A stretch of 40,225 nt of DNA from a virus (lineage: Duplodnaviria; Caudoviricetes), in the IMG/VR virus record IMGVR_UViG_3300032320_000912, positions 1 to 40,225 of that record; one strand, written 5' to 3'. Below, piece by piece: positions 10,395 through 18,611 of the stretch. Positions within the stretch are counted from its first letter, which is position 1. Each line of letters begins with the position of its first letter. Both the position numbers and the translations under genes were made by a program. The notes under the pieces are model-generated. The model did no database searches. It was given only the letters and a program-made list of their open reading frames with translations, and was not told where the DNA came from.

Positions 10395-10799
10395 TTACTT
10401 GATGAACTTGACGATGCTGTTTTGTGGACCGTATCCATTGTCTTGGTGCATACCAATTAGGAACTTGATTGGCTTACCAATAACTGTCTCTAGGTCTGCT
10501 GTTGCACCTAACTTAGCTGCTTCGGCAAACGATACTGTGCTCATCTGATACCACTTGGTGTCACCCTCATTCAGCTTCTTGAACTGTGCTGCTGTGAACA
10601 ATGGCAATACCTTCCAGATGTAACGACCATCTTCCATCTGAACTGCGATGTCGATGCTCTTCTTACCTGCGTGTCGACCGTTGCGAATTGTGGTCTCACG
10701 TGCTTCTTTGATTACACCTTCGTACTCACCTGGGGTAAGTGGCTCGAATGGCTTGTTTGTTGACTTTACTGCTTCTGCTACTACGTTGAACTTAATCAC
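10395..10799 (-). CDS. Second DUF669-like single-stranded DNA-binding protein
   Basis: FEPLTPGEYEGVIKEARETTIRNGRHAGK aligns with YSLLPAGTYSATIFDLETLEVKSGENAGK of 22034-22498; GTG start with AAGGAG SD. Confidence 0.65.
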   Translation of the reverse strand: MIKFNVVAEAVKSTNKPFEPLTPGEYEGVIKEARETTIRNGRHAGKKSIDIAVQMEDGRYIWKVLPLFTAAQFKKLNEGDTKWYQMSTVSFAEAAKLGATADLETVIGKPIKFLIGMHQDNGYGPQNSIVKFIK

Positions 10800-10834
10800 G
10801 ATGTCTCCTTATGACTTGATTGATTACGAGCGAT

Positions 10835-11008
10835 CGCCCTTCGACCTGCTCGCAGTGTCGGAGAAGGGCGGAGCGGGGTGGTACTCTCTAATCCCAGCAA
10901 CCACTACTATGACTTTGACTTTGGACCGAAGCGAAGCGAAGGGCCTATGCTACACACACAGCCCTTCACTTCACTTCTTAGGAGCCTCATAAGGGGGAAA
11001 TGAGGCCC
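10835..11008 (-). ncRNA. Candidate multi-hairpin structured RNA/leader
   Basis: Stems at 11008-10982, 10977-10928 (17 bp with two G-U), 10904-10878 (weak) and 10870-10835. Confidence 0.5.
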
Positions 11009-11015
11009 AGTTTTT

Positions 11016-11195
11016 TTACTCTTCTAGGTAGCGTGTATCTGCATCATCATACTCAACACGGTTGATGTCGTCATCAGTGACTGTTTCACCATCCCAATCT
11101 CCGTTTAAGAATGCGTCCATAATTCGCTTAGCGTGTACAACGTCATTAGCTTCTACGCTGTATATCTCACCACTTATGAATCTATAGATAGCCAT
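11016..11195 (-). CDS. Small acidic hypothetical protein
   Basis: MAIYRFISGEIYSVEANDVVHAKR...; TAATG coupling to the upstream ORF; GAGG SD. Confidence 0.7.
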   Translation of the reverse strand: MAIYRFISGEIYSVEANDVVHAKRIMDAFLNGDWDGETVTDDDINRVEYDDADTRYLEE

Positions 11196-11479
11196 TAGAA
11201 CACCTCGATGTTTCTGGTGCGGTCCCATAGGCCAGGTTGGTACTGTCCATACACAATCCACTTCACGCCATCCGGCGCTCGCTTGCAGTTGATTTTGATG
11301 TCACGGTACTTGTTAGCAGCGGCATATGCACCGCTGGCTGAGTTGATCAAGATGGGGAATACTCCCCACTTGGTCATGCTGTCATCTTTGTACAGCTCTT
11401 CGAAGAACTCTGCCCATGGGTGAGTCATTTTGCGTCCTGCTGCGCCAATCTCTGATTGGTCTACGTATTCGATCTTCAT
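11195..11479 (-). CDS. Hypothetical protein
   Basis: 94-aa ORF packed in the operon downstream of the amidoligase gene. Confidence 0.7.
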   Translation of the reverse strand: MKIEYVDQSEIGAAGRKMTHPWAEFFEELYKDDSMTKWGVFPILINSASGAYAAANKYRDIKINCKRAPDGVKWIVYGQYQPGLWDRTRNIEVF

Positions 11480-11483
11480 CTGC

Positions 11484-13022
11484 TTATGCCCTTTCGTGTA
11501 GCTGCAGCTTTAGGTGTTTCTTATCTTGTTGACCGCCTGGGATCAACAATTCTGGGTTCTCGTCATGCAAGAAGAACTTGAACTTTGCATAGACTTCGAT
11601 TAGTCCGTTGATGTCCTTCACTCCTAGGAAGTCCTTTAACTCTGCTCCACGCTTCATAACCTCGACAAGACCGCGAACGATCCAGGCCCAGATTGTAATG
11701 CGTTTTGCATCATAAGTACCTGCCATCTGGCGGAACTCGATAGTTCCACGAGCTGATTCTAGATACGCTAGTGACCCTCCAATTATGTGAGTCAGATTTA
11801 CTGCTCTTGGCTTGTCTATTGGCAGCTTACCTGCATAAGCCTGTTGAATATACTCAACTGGCAAACGCTTTGCATAGCTTGTGTCATCGCGCTCAGCAAC
11901 AATAGCGAAGATGTTTTCCATCCATTTGTATACTGCCATAACGTGTGCAACTTGCTTTGTAGTCAGATCTAGAGCATAGACGTGAATATGAACACCGCAG
12001 GTGTCATTGACTTCAGCATCTACATCTTCTAGCTCATCGCAGATTTTGAACAGACCTGGATGCTTTAGCCTGCTAGCACCGTTTTTGGTTCTAAACTCAG
12101 CAGAATCTGCAGAGCTGCAATTGCTATCATTGCAGTGCTGTGGATCGTCATTACGGTCATCGCAGTTATCGCAATCGCAATCGTGATATACGCAGTCACT
12201 GCAACCACAATCGCAATCACTGTTTGCTTCATATGCTCGCAAACTGCCATCATCGCCTTTGTCTACGCCGAAGACAGCATCTACGCCCTTGGCATCTGCA
12301 ATCTCCATTTCCCAACCCCAGGTACGGGCAGTCAATGCATTAGATGGCATAGCTAGATATGCAGCTTCTACTTGCTCTCGAATTGTTACGCTCTCTTTAA
12401 TGCTTGGGCTTGGAGAGCTTGGCTTCTTGTCAAATAGATTGCTGATGCTTTTGGAACCAGCTGGCTTTACATTTCTTAGCTCGTGAGCAAGAACGTTTAT
12501 CTTGTTCTCAATTACTTTACGAGCCATTACGTAATCGTTTTTGTCGATCACTGCATAAGCCATTGCATTCATAAATGCTAATGCTTTTAGATATCTCCAG
12601 TCGTTGGACTCAATTAACTGTCCAAAGTTGATAGTCAAATTTTCGGATTTGCATTCAGCATTCGAGAAGTTTAGACCATCTAGATATCTTGCAACACTTC
12701 TTAGATATGCATTCCAGACAATTAGTTTCATCTGGTTTCCTCGAATGTCAAAGAACAAATCTGTTCTATCATTATCGGTTACTGGATTTGTCATTGTTGC
12801 TTTACGCAACGCTGGTGTAGCATTTGAGTGACCTAGAACTAGATGATAGGTTCTGGTATAAAACCCACCGTCGTAGTCATAGTTTTCTATTGGCATTCCT
12901 GAGTCTTGCATAATCTGCAAGAGCTCTGCACCATTTATGCTTATTGGCTCATCGCCATCTGCTGCTTTTGCTTTTAGCATTCCAACTGCTATTTGAGCTG
13001 CTGCTCTGATCTGACTGATCAT
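11484..13022 (-). CDS. Putative amidoligase (COOH-NH2 ligase type 2) with N-terminal extension and Cys-rich insert
   Basis: WGWEMEI, DDGSL, AEF, TCGVHIHV, AVNL, RGTIEFRQ motifs of the Amidoligase_2 family. Confidence 0.8.
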   Translation of the reverse strand: MISQIRAAAQIAVGMLKAKAADGDEPISINGAELLQIMQDSGMPIENYDYDGGFYTRTYHLVLGHSNATPALRKATMTNPVTDNDRTDLFFDIRGNQMKLIVWNAYLRSVARYLDGLNFSNAECKSENLTINFGQLIESNDWRYLKALAFMNAMAYAVIDKNDYVMARKVIENKINVLAHELRNVKPAGSKSISNLFDKKPSSPSPSIKESVTIREQVEAAYLAMPSNALTARTWGWEMEIADAKGVDAVFGVDKGDDGSLRAYEANSDCDCGCSDCVYHDCDCDNCDDRNDDPQHCNDSNCSSADSAEFRTKNGASRLKHPGLFKICDELEDVDAEVNDTCGVHIHVYALDLTTKQVAHVMAVYKWMENIFAIVAERDDTSYAKRLPVEYIQQAYAGKLPIDKPRAVNLTHIIGGSLAYLESARGTIEFRQMAGTYDAKRITIWAWIVRGLVEVMKRGAELKDFLGVKDINGLIEVYAKFKFFLHDENPELLIPGGQQDKKHLKLQLHERA

Positions 13023-13040
13023 GTTCTTCTTTCTTTCTGT

Positions 13041-13160
13041 TTATAGTGAACAATAACTATTACTATTGCAAGCATTCATACCTGCAATATTTATTACTAT
13101 TACGATTGCAAAATAAATAATTACAATCGTTGTAACTAATCTATTGTTGTCATCTATCAC
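13041..13160 (-). CDS. Possible small membrane peptide (39 aa)
   Basis: GTG start after AGAAAG; hydrophobic LVTTIVIIYFAIVIVINIA; very AT-rich, so may be spurious. Confidence 0.3.
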   Translation of the reverse strand: MIDDNNRLVTTIVIIYFAIVIVINIAGMNACNSNSYCSL

Positions 13161-13189
13161 CCAGCTTTCTATTTTATTTTGGGGTCGAA

Positions 13190-13358
13190 TTGCCCGACCA
13201 CTCCCAGGGGTCGGAGGGCAAGGAGACCATTCTATTCGCTTATAGCGAAATATACTTGACATATGTAGTACGCCTATGCATATGCCTATATAGGGGGCGA
13301 ATAAGGTGGCGATTTGCCCAGATTTTTGCCCAGAATTTGACAGAACCCGACATTGCCC
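13190..13358. repeat. Cluster of TTGCCC(AGA) repeats in the divergent control region
   Basis: TTGCCC at 13190, 13314, 13326, 13353 and inverted at 13216; TTTGCCCAGA twice with 12-nt period. Confidence 0.5.
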
Positions 13359-13411
13359 TGTAGAATTATCCCCATAAAGGGGTTGTTGAGCCAAAAAGTT
13401 TCGCTTTCTTG

Positions 13412-13440
13412 TTGACATTCGACCCTTTTGGCAGTAAACT
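13412..13440 (+). promoter_or_regulatory. Sigma-A-type promoter of the rightward early arm
   Basis: TTGACA (13412-13417), 17 nt, TAAACT (13435-13440). Confidence 0.75.
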
Positions 13441-13494
13441 ATACCTAGTTAGAAAACGAATTATGACTCGGACGAGTCGGAAAGCAGGTTGCTT

Positions 13495-14487
13495 ATGTGT
13501 GGTATCGGTGGATTCTCACTTTCAGAAAAATCAAATCTCAATTCTCGCAGGATTGCTAATGTAATGCTCACTTCCCTAGAGCGTCGTGGTAATCAGGCTT
13601 CAGGTGCGGCTTGGCACTCTCGCAACAGCGTAGGGTATCTAAAGCGACCTATCGCTGGTTCACGCCTCTCGCTCAAAGCTATGCCTCGTAAGACCGATGC
13701 AGTTATCCTGCACACCCGTCTTGCTACTCACGGCTCTATCAATGACGCTCGTAACAATCACCCTGTTATGTCTCCCTCCGGTAACACTCAGGTTGTCCAC
13801 AACGGTGTCATCTATAACCACGACCTTATCCGCCCAGAGTTGCCCAAGTCTTTGCCACCTGTCGACTCTAGCGTAATCCCTGCCCTTATCGAGTCAGGTT
13901 CGCTAGAAGCGTTGTCCAAGCTAGACGGCGATGCGGCTATCGCTTGGCTATCCAACGACGACTACGGCACACTCAAAGTCGCTCGTATCAGCCACTCGCC
14001 TATGGTTATCGCACAAGTCAAAGACGGCTCGTTCTTCTTTGCTTCGACTCCTGACATCCTTGCCGAGGTTCTCAAGCGTCTAGGTCTCAAGTCCACCTTC
14101 GAGCTGGTTATGCCAGAGCGTCTAGGCTATGCCATCCGCAAGGGTAACATCGTCGAGACCCTAGCCATCCCAGACCTTGACCCAGAGTATGAAGACCGCT
14201 ATGTCTACAACAAGTCTGGCTTCCGCTCTGCTACTTCCGGCAACGCTAGAGCCCTTGGCTACGGCTACAGCGGTTGGTCTAAGGATTGGTGGGACGATAT
14301 CACTCCAGCAACCGAGAACTGCTCTACGGAGCTAGAGGATGACTTCGAGATTTTCCTCAGCAATTACATCGAGGTCAACAAGGGTGAGTTCTTCGATTAC
14401 GACGGCTACTATGCCGGAGACCGCCAAGATCTCTACAACAAGTTCGAGCAAGCCAGATACGAGAGTTGGTGGGTCGAGCAAAAGTAG
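13495..14487 (+). CDS. Class II (Ntn) glutamine amidotransferase
   Basis: Start M-CGIGG gives the N-terminal nucleophile Cys; RGNQASG, HTRLATHG, NNHP, HNGVIYN, VDS motifs. Confidence 0.9.
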   Translation: MCGIGGFSLSEKSNLNSRRIANVMLTSLERRGNQASGAAWHSRNSVGYLKRPIAGSRLSLKAMPRKTDAVILHTRLATHGSINDARNNHPVMSPSGNTQVVHNGVIYNHDLIRPELPKSLPPVDSSVIPALIESGSLEALSKLDGDAAIAWLSNDDYGTLKVARISHSPMVIAQVKDGSFFFASTPDILAEVLKRLGLKSTFELVMPERLGYAIRKGNIVETLAIPDLDPEYEDRYVYNKSGFRSATSGNARALGYGYSGWSKDWWDDITPATENCSTELEDDFEIFLSNYIEVNKGEFFDYDGYYAGDRQDLYNKFEQARYESWWVEQK

Positions 14488-14742
14488 AAAAAAACTTTTG
14501 ACCCTCCCCTCTCAATAACTACTATTATACTATTATTATATATAATATTAGGATATAGAGAACACTCGTCAGACCCCCCTTTTGCTATTGGATTTGTAAC
14601 ATTTTTTACATATTCAATAGCAATCCCAACCCTATCCCCCCAAAGTCCCCCAAAAACATCAAAAAAAACACGACATAAAATAGTGTTTCACATAGTAAAA
14701 AAAATACTATTTCCCAAAATAACAACCCAACAAGGAGAGATA

Positions 14743-15063
14743 ATGATTTACAAATCTGATTCACCTTTACAAACTCAATCCAACTTACGCTCACAGCAAT
14801 CAGAGGTTTACAAATTTGATGCAACCCCTGAAGCCACGCTGGTTCTAAGGGCAGACCAGTGGATTCTGGTCGAGGAAGCCCTAATGGAGCAAGCCAACAT
14901 CCAATACCACATCTCGCAGGAGAACTACGCCTTTCAGCGTTGGGAGCAAGCCCAATACACCTACGACAAAGCTTCTGAGTTAGAAGCACTTGCGAAGTCG
15001 GTAGGTTCTGTAATAGAATTGCTCCAAGCGAACAAGGAGAACAATGCAAACATTTCTAACTAG
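14743..15063 (+). CDS. Hypothetical protein
   Basis: AAGGAG SD before ATG 14743; overlaps the next gene. Confidence 0.6.
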   Translation: MIYKSDSPLQTQSNLRSQQSEVYKFDATPEATLVLRADQWILVEEALMEQANIQYHISQENYAFQRWEQAQYTYDKASELEALAKSVGSVIELLQANKENNANISN

Positions 15064-15565
15064 CGACACCGGAGACTTCGTAGAGACTGCGAAGCACCTA
15101 GATAATCTTCGCCTGAACAAGCAAGCGTTAGAAGGATGGCAAATCCTTCTAACATTACTTGAACTCGATCCTAACGGCGAACACCGCCCTGCAAGGGGCT
15201 GGGCTAACCACCCTGCTACACGCCAGTGGGCTGGCTACGAGATGGCTCTCTACGGCTACATCCAGACAATGGTCAAGGAGTGGCACGACAGGGGCTTCAA
15301 GTCCACCATTGGCGACAAGGCGACCAAGACCATCGAGGTCGCTTACGAGAACGCTCTGCTAGGCGATTACGAAGAGCCTTGGTGGAGGGTCTCAAAGACC
15401 ACAATGCCAGCAGTTGCAACAACGCACCGACAGGCACTATTGTGGAAGAACTATCCGCACTACTCGCAGTTTGGGTGGGCGGAAGACACCGGAACACAAC
15501 CAGACACATACGAATACTTCTGGGTCGCAGACCTAGATACAGAGAGGACGAACCAAATTGCCTAA
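15044..15565 (+). CDS. Pyrimidine-dimer DNA glycosylase / endonuclease V-like protein (MSMEG_6728 type)
   Basis: MQTFL...LDNLRLNKQALEGWQIL...GWANHPATRQWAGYE...HRQALLWK...Y.W signature. Confidence 0.85.
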   Translation: MQTFLTSDTGDFVETAKHLDNLRLNKQALEGWQILLTLLELDPNGEHRPARGWANHPATRQWAGYEMALYGYIQTMVKEWHDRGFKSTIGDKATKTIEVAYENALLGDYEEPWWRVSKTTMPAVATTHRQALLWKNYPHYSQFGWAEDTGTQPDTYEYFWVADLDTERTNQIA

Positions 15566-15737
15566 ATACACCTTTGCACGAGACCTACGCACCTTTTACT
15601 ACACCACCGTGGAAGCCGACAGCTTCCTAGACGCTGAGCGTATCGCTATCGAGAACTTCGAGAACTTCGAGGACATCGACGAGGGCGACGCTGAGTGGAG
15701 CGAGGAAGTTCACCTGAACGACGAGGAGGAGGACTAA
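15558..15737 (+). CDS. Small very acidic protein (59 aa)
   Basis: TTG start after GAGG; MPKYTFARDLRTFYYTTVEADSFLDAERIAIENFENFEDIDEGDAEWSEEVHLNDEEED; TAATG coupling to the next gene. Confidence 0.65.
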   Translation: MPKYTFARDLRTFYYTTVEADSFLDAERIAIENFENFEDIDEGDAEWSEEVHLNDEEED

Positions 15738-15979
15738 TGCCAATGACAAGAACTAAAGAAGAGCTAATCAAGCACCTAAACAAGCACTACGCAGACGAAG
15801 CTCTGCTGGTGGTCGATATCTGGTCAAGTGCCGATGTCGAGACATTGATGGACGAACCGGACGAGGACAAGGCTATGGACATCTGGGTAGATGTCGCAGA
15901 CAGCTTCGCCGGAGCGTTTGACTACACCACTTCTATTTTGAACGACACACTTTACGAGCTAATTCAGGAGAACAACTAA
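15737..15979 (+). CDS. Small acidic hypothetical protein
   Basis: GGAGG SD; TAATG coupling at both ends; D/E-rich. Confidence 0.7.
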   Translation: MPMTRTKEELIKHLNKHYADEALLVVDIWSSADVETLMDEPDEDKAMDIWVDVADSFAGAFDYTTSILNDTLYELIQENN

Positions 15980-16596
15980 TGCCAAATCACGTATTCAATA
16001 ACATTGCAGTAACAGGTAGCGAGGATGCAATCACAGCATTCAGGGCTAAGGCTTATACGCCCTTTAGGCAGTTCAGCTATTGGAACTTTGTGACCCCACC
16101 ACAGGAAGCTGTGGACTCTGGTGAGTATTGGGCAACCAACGGCTGGGTCGCTGGCGAGCAGTCCGGCAACACACCAAACAATTGGTATAACTTCAACACT
16201 CGTGAGTGGGGAACTAAGTGGGACACTTATGACCTTGAGACAAGCTTTGCACCACAGGCGTTCTACGCCAGCTTCTCAAGTGCTTGGTCTCCACCCATTC
16301 CGGTCTTTGAGGCAATTGTTGCCCAGCACCCAGAGCTGACCTTTACCTTTAGTTGGGAAGAGGAGCAGGGCTGGGGTGGAGAAGCACTTGGACAGAGCGG
16401 AGACTTCTCAATCTATAAAGAGTGGGACATTCCCGACTCTCACGCTGACTATGTAGCCCTCGATCGAGAGAACTCCTGCAACTGCAACTCTGAGGATGAC
16501 CGAGAGTATTGGTTCAAGGACTGCCCAAAGGCACAAGTGCCAGAGCACGAAGGTTGCAACTGCCCTAACCACCAGAAGGAGAAAGTCAATGGCTAA
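15979..16596 (+). CDS. DUF1281/YubB-type ferredoxin-like domain protein
   Basis: MPNHVFN...NWYNFNTREWGTKWD...FSSAWSPP...HPELTF...EE.G..G pattern; Cys/His-rich C-terminus. Confidence 0.75.
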   Translation: MPNHVFNNIAVTGSEDAITAFRAKAYTPFRQFSYWNFVTPPQEAVDSGEYWATNGWVAGEQSGNTPNNWYNFNTREWGTKWDTYDLETSFAPQAFYASFSSAWSPPIPVFEAIVAQHPELTFTFSWEEEQGWGGEALGQSGDFSIYKEWDIPDSHADYVALDRENSCNCNSEDDREYWFKDCPKAQVPEHEGCNCPNHQKEKVNG

Positions 16597-16927
16597 GACA
16601 AAGCTACGCGACATCGAGATTTGTGTCGAAGAGGATACCCTAAAGGTAATCCCCTACAAGCTCTTCCTAAACAGGGATGGCTACCTGGAGGGTGACTACT
16701 CCCAAAAGGGGCAGGGCAATGTTCTTTCGGTATCAATGAAGCGAAGGGACAACTACCCACTAATCGACTACATCCTTGAACGCGACCACACGCTTAGAGG
16801 CGATTGGGAAGGCTTCTCAGAGTGGGACACTACCGAAAGGTTCTACGACAACGGAGAGCCAATGCCACCAAAGATAAAGAGGTGGCTTGACTCAATGCCA
16901 GATTACGAAGTGAGGTTTGAGGTATGA
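16589..16927 (+). CDS. Hypothetical protein
   Basis: AAGGAG SD before ATG 16589; ATGA overlap with the next gene. Confidence 0.7.
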   Translation: MAKTKLRDIEICVEEDTLKVIPYKLFLNRDGYLEGDYSQKGQGNVLSVSMKRRDNYPLIDYILERDHTLRGDWEGFSEWDTTERFYDNGEPMPPKIKRWLDSMPDYEVRFEV

Positions 16928-17193
16928 AGCTCAGAGTAGCTATGGGTCACACCACCAGAATCATTCGACAGCAGAAGAGCTACACGCTTCGAGATGTTTC
17001 TCAGAGGAGTGGCATTTCTTTGGCACACCTATCAGAGTTCGAGAGGGGCATCAAAGAGATGTCCTCCGAGCTACTGACTTCTTTGGCGACTGGCTTGCAG
17101 ATAAACCAGTCGGACATTATCCTCGAAGCATACCGAATGATCTCAAAGGAAGAACAGCGTGAAGCAAAGAGAGTTGCGAGAAGCACTGACTAA
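16924..17193 (+). CDS. XRE-family HTH regulator, ClgR-like
   Basis: LRVAMGHTTRIIR...TLRDVS...ISLAHLSEFERGIKEMSSELL follows the ClgR pattern TLREVS...VSLGYLSEVERGxKEASSELL. Confidence 0.85.
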   Translation: MKLRVAMGHTTRIIRQQKSYTLRDVSQRSGISLAHLSEFERGIKEMSSELLTSLATGLQINQSDIILEAYRMISKEEQREAKRVARSTD

Positions 17194-17398
17194 TGTAATG
17201 GTTGACTATATGCTCTCGCAAGGTATGGACAACCTAATCGGATGCTTTGAGGTGGGCGACCCAGACAATCCCGCATTCGACCCCGACATCGAGAAAGCTA
17301 TGGACTCAGCTTACTTCTCGATAAACAAGTCACTCAAAGAAATCAGCAGACTAGCCACAAGGCTGGGCTACATCGAGAAAGAAGTGACACGCCTATAG
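17159..17398 (+). CDS. Hypothetical protein
   Basis: GTG start after AAGGA; 79 aa. Confidence 0.6.
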   Translation: MKQRELREALTNVMVDYMLSQGMDNLIGCFEVGDPDNPAFDPDIEKAMDSAYFSINKSLKEISRLATRLGYIEKEVTRL

Positions 17399-17470
17399 CA
17401 GACAATACTATTGCCAAGGATAGGGGTAGGCTAAACTTTAGCCAACACTAATTACCCCAAGGAGGTAAGT

Positions 17471-17755
17471 ATGAAAATTGATTATGTGCTAACAGGCGAC
17501 TTCCAAGAGCTAGCGACGGTGATGATTCCGGTAATGAAGGAGTCTCGCTTTCTATCTGACAAGCCGAATGTAAAGAGCTTCTGCTGGTATCCAATCAGCG
17601 AGGAGACTCAGTGTGTTGAGATGGAGATGACTCAGAAGCCAACTGACGAGGAGTTGCAATTCCTAATCAGGGAATACCAATCACTCAGCATTGGAGTTTT
17701 TGAGAAGGAAGCACTAAAGCGAGTAATAAGCATCGAAGAAATCTTGGAGGTCTAA
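17471..17755 (+). CDS. Hypothetical protein
   Basis: Perfect AAGGAGGT SD; TAATG coupling downstream. Confidence 0.75.
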   Translation: MKIDYVLTGDFQELATVMIPVMKESRFLSDKPNVKSFCWYPISEETQCVEMEMTQKPTDEELQFLIREYQSLSIGVFEKEALKRVISIEEILEV

Positions 17756-18231
17756 TGACTAACCTGAGTCCAAAGGCTGAACAGGCACTAGAAAACCTGA
17801 GGATGCTGGATGCCGAATACCGCAAGCGTAAGTCAGAGATAGAGAATGACCTCCGTGTGAGGCTGAACGATATGCTGACCGAGACTAGGCGGGAGAGGGA
17901 CAATGCTCTCGCACTAGCAGCTCAGCTAGGAGTGCCACGCACTCAGCTGGGTAAGGCAATCGGCACTAGCAACTACCGCACCGTTCAGGAGATTCTGGCG
18001 AGCGTCGCACCTGAGATGAAGCACAGCGAGAATGGCTGGTCTTTAGTCAAGGGTTCTGAGAAGGATACCTACACGCTTCAGGTGACTGCCTTGGGCGTTG
18101 GAAGAGTCACGGGTTCAGCTGTTGTGGGAATCAAGGATGGCGACATCTACTTTGTGTCCGGCGATGCCTTCGTGCTCCCGAACATCTACCGAGAGGAACT
18201 CGCAGAGGAAGTGATTGCTAGTGCTATTTAG
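17755..18231 (+). CDS. Coiled-coil and HTH-like hypothetical protein
   Basis: AAQLGVPRTQLGKAIGTS resembles an HTH; GGAGG SD. Confidence 0.65.
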   Translation: MTNLSPKAEQALENLRMLDAEYRKRKSEIENDLRVRLNDMLTETRRERDNALALAAQLGVPRTQLGKAIGTSNYRTVQEILASVAPEMKHSENGWSLVKGSEKDTYTLQVTALGVGRVTGSAVVGIKDGDIYFVSGDAFVLPNIYREELAEEVIASAI

Positions 18232-18391
18232 CATCTTGTTTCTAATTGTCCTGACAGGACTTTTGTTCTGGGTAATAGGTGCATTCCTATTTTCCGAGGG
18301 TGAGGTCTTTGAGCAGGGTCGCACAGATTACGACTATGACAGAAATGAACACGAGAACTATTGGAGGGAATACGATGGACGATCTAACTAG
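18221..18391 (+). CDS. Small membrane protein (56 aa)
   Basis: GTG start; MLFSILFLIVLTGLLFWVIGAFLF then a charged tail; fills the gap between neighbours. Confidence 0.55.
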   Translation: MLFSILFLIVLTGLLFWVIGAFLFSEGEVFEQGRTDYDYDRNEHENYWREYDGRSN

Positions 18392-18611
18392 ATACGATAT
18401 TGAAGACCAAGAGAATTGGTATAACACTTTGCTCACAGACGCAAAGATTGACCACAAACTCTCAATTGGAACTATTATCTATCGTGATGACTACGAGACA
18501 TTTGTGGACGAAGTTGGGGTTGAGAAGCCTACCTACTTCACATCATTTGCAGAGGCATTTGAATACTGCAAGACTCAGCATCCAGAAGCAGAGTGGGATA
18601 ACTTAGGTTGA
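18375..18611 (+). CDS. Acidic hypothetical protein
   Basis: GGAGG SD before ATG 18375; overlaps the helicase start. Confidence 0.65.
   Translation: MDDLTRYDIEDQENWYNTLLTDAKIDHKLSIGTIIYRDDYETFVDEVGVEKPTYFTSFAEAFEYCKTQHPEAEWDNLG

Noticed and set aside
13161-13418. 5' part of the 125-aa minus-strand ORF 13041-13418
   Set aside because: Runs through the repeat and promoter region with no protein-like signal; at most the last 39 codons are plausible.
14606-15049. 147-aa minus-strand ORF with hydrophobic end
   Set aside because: Antisense to a better supported + strand gene; its hydrophobic part comes from the A-rich low-complexity tract.
15649-15672. Tandem 9-nt repeat TCGAGAACT
   Set aside because: Encodes IENFENFE within a small CDS; too short to imply a separate element.
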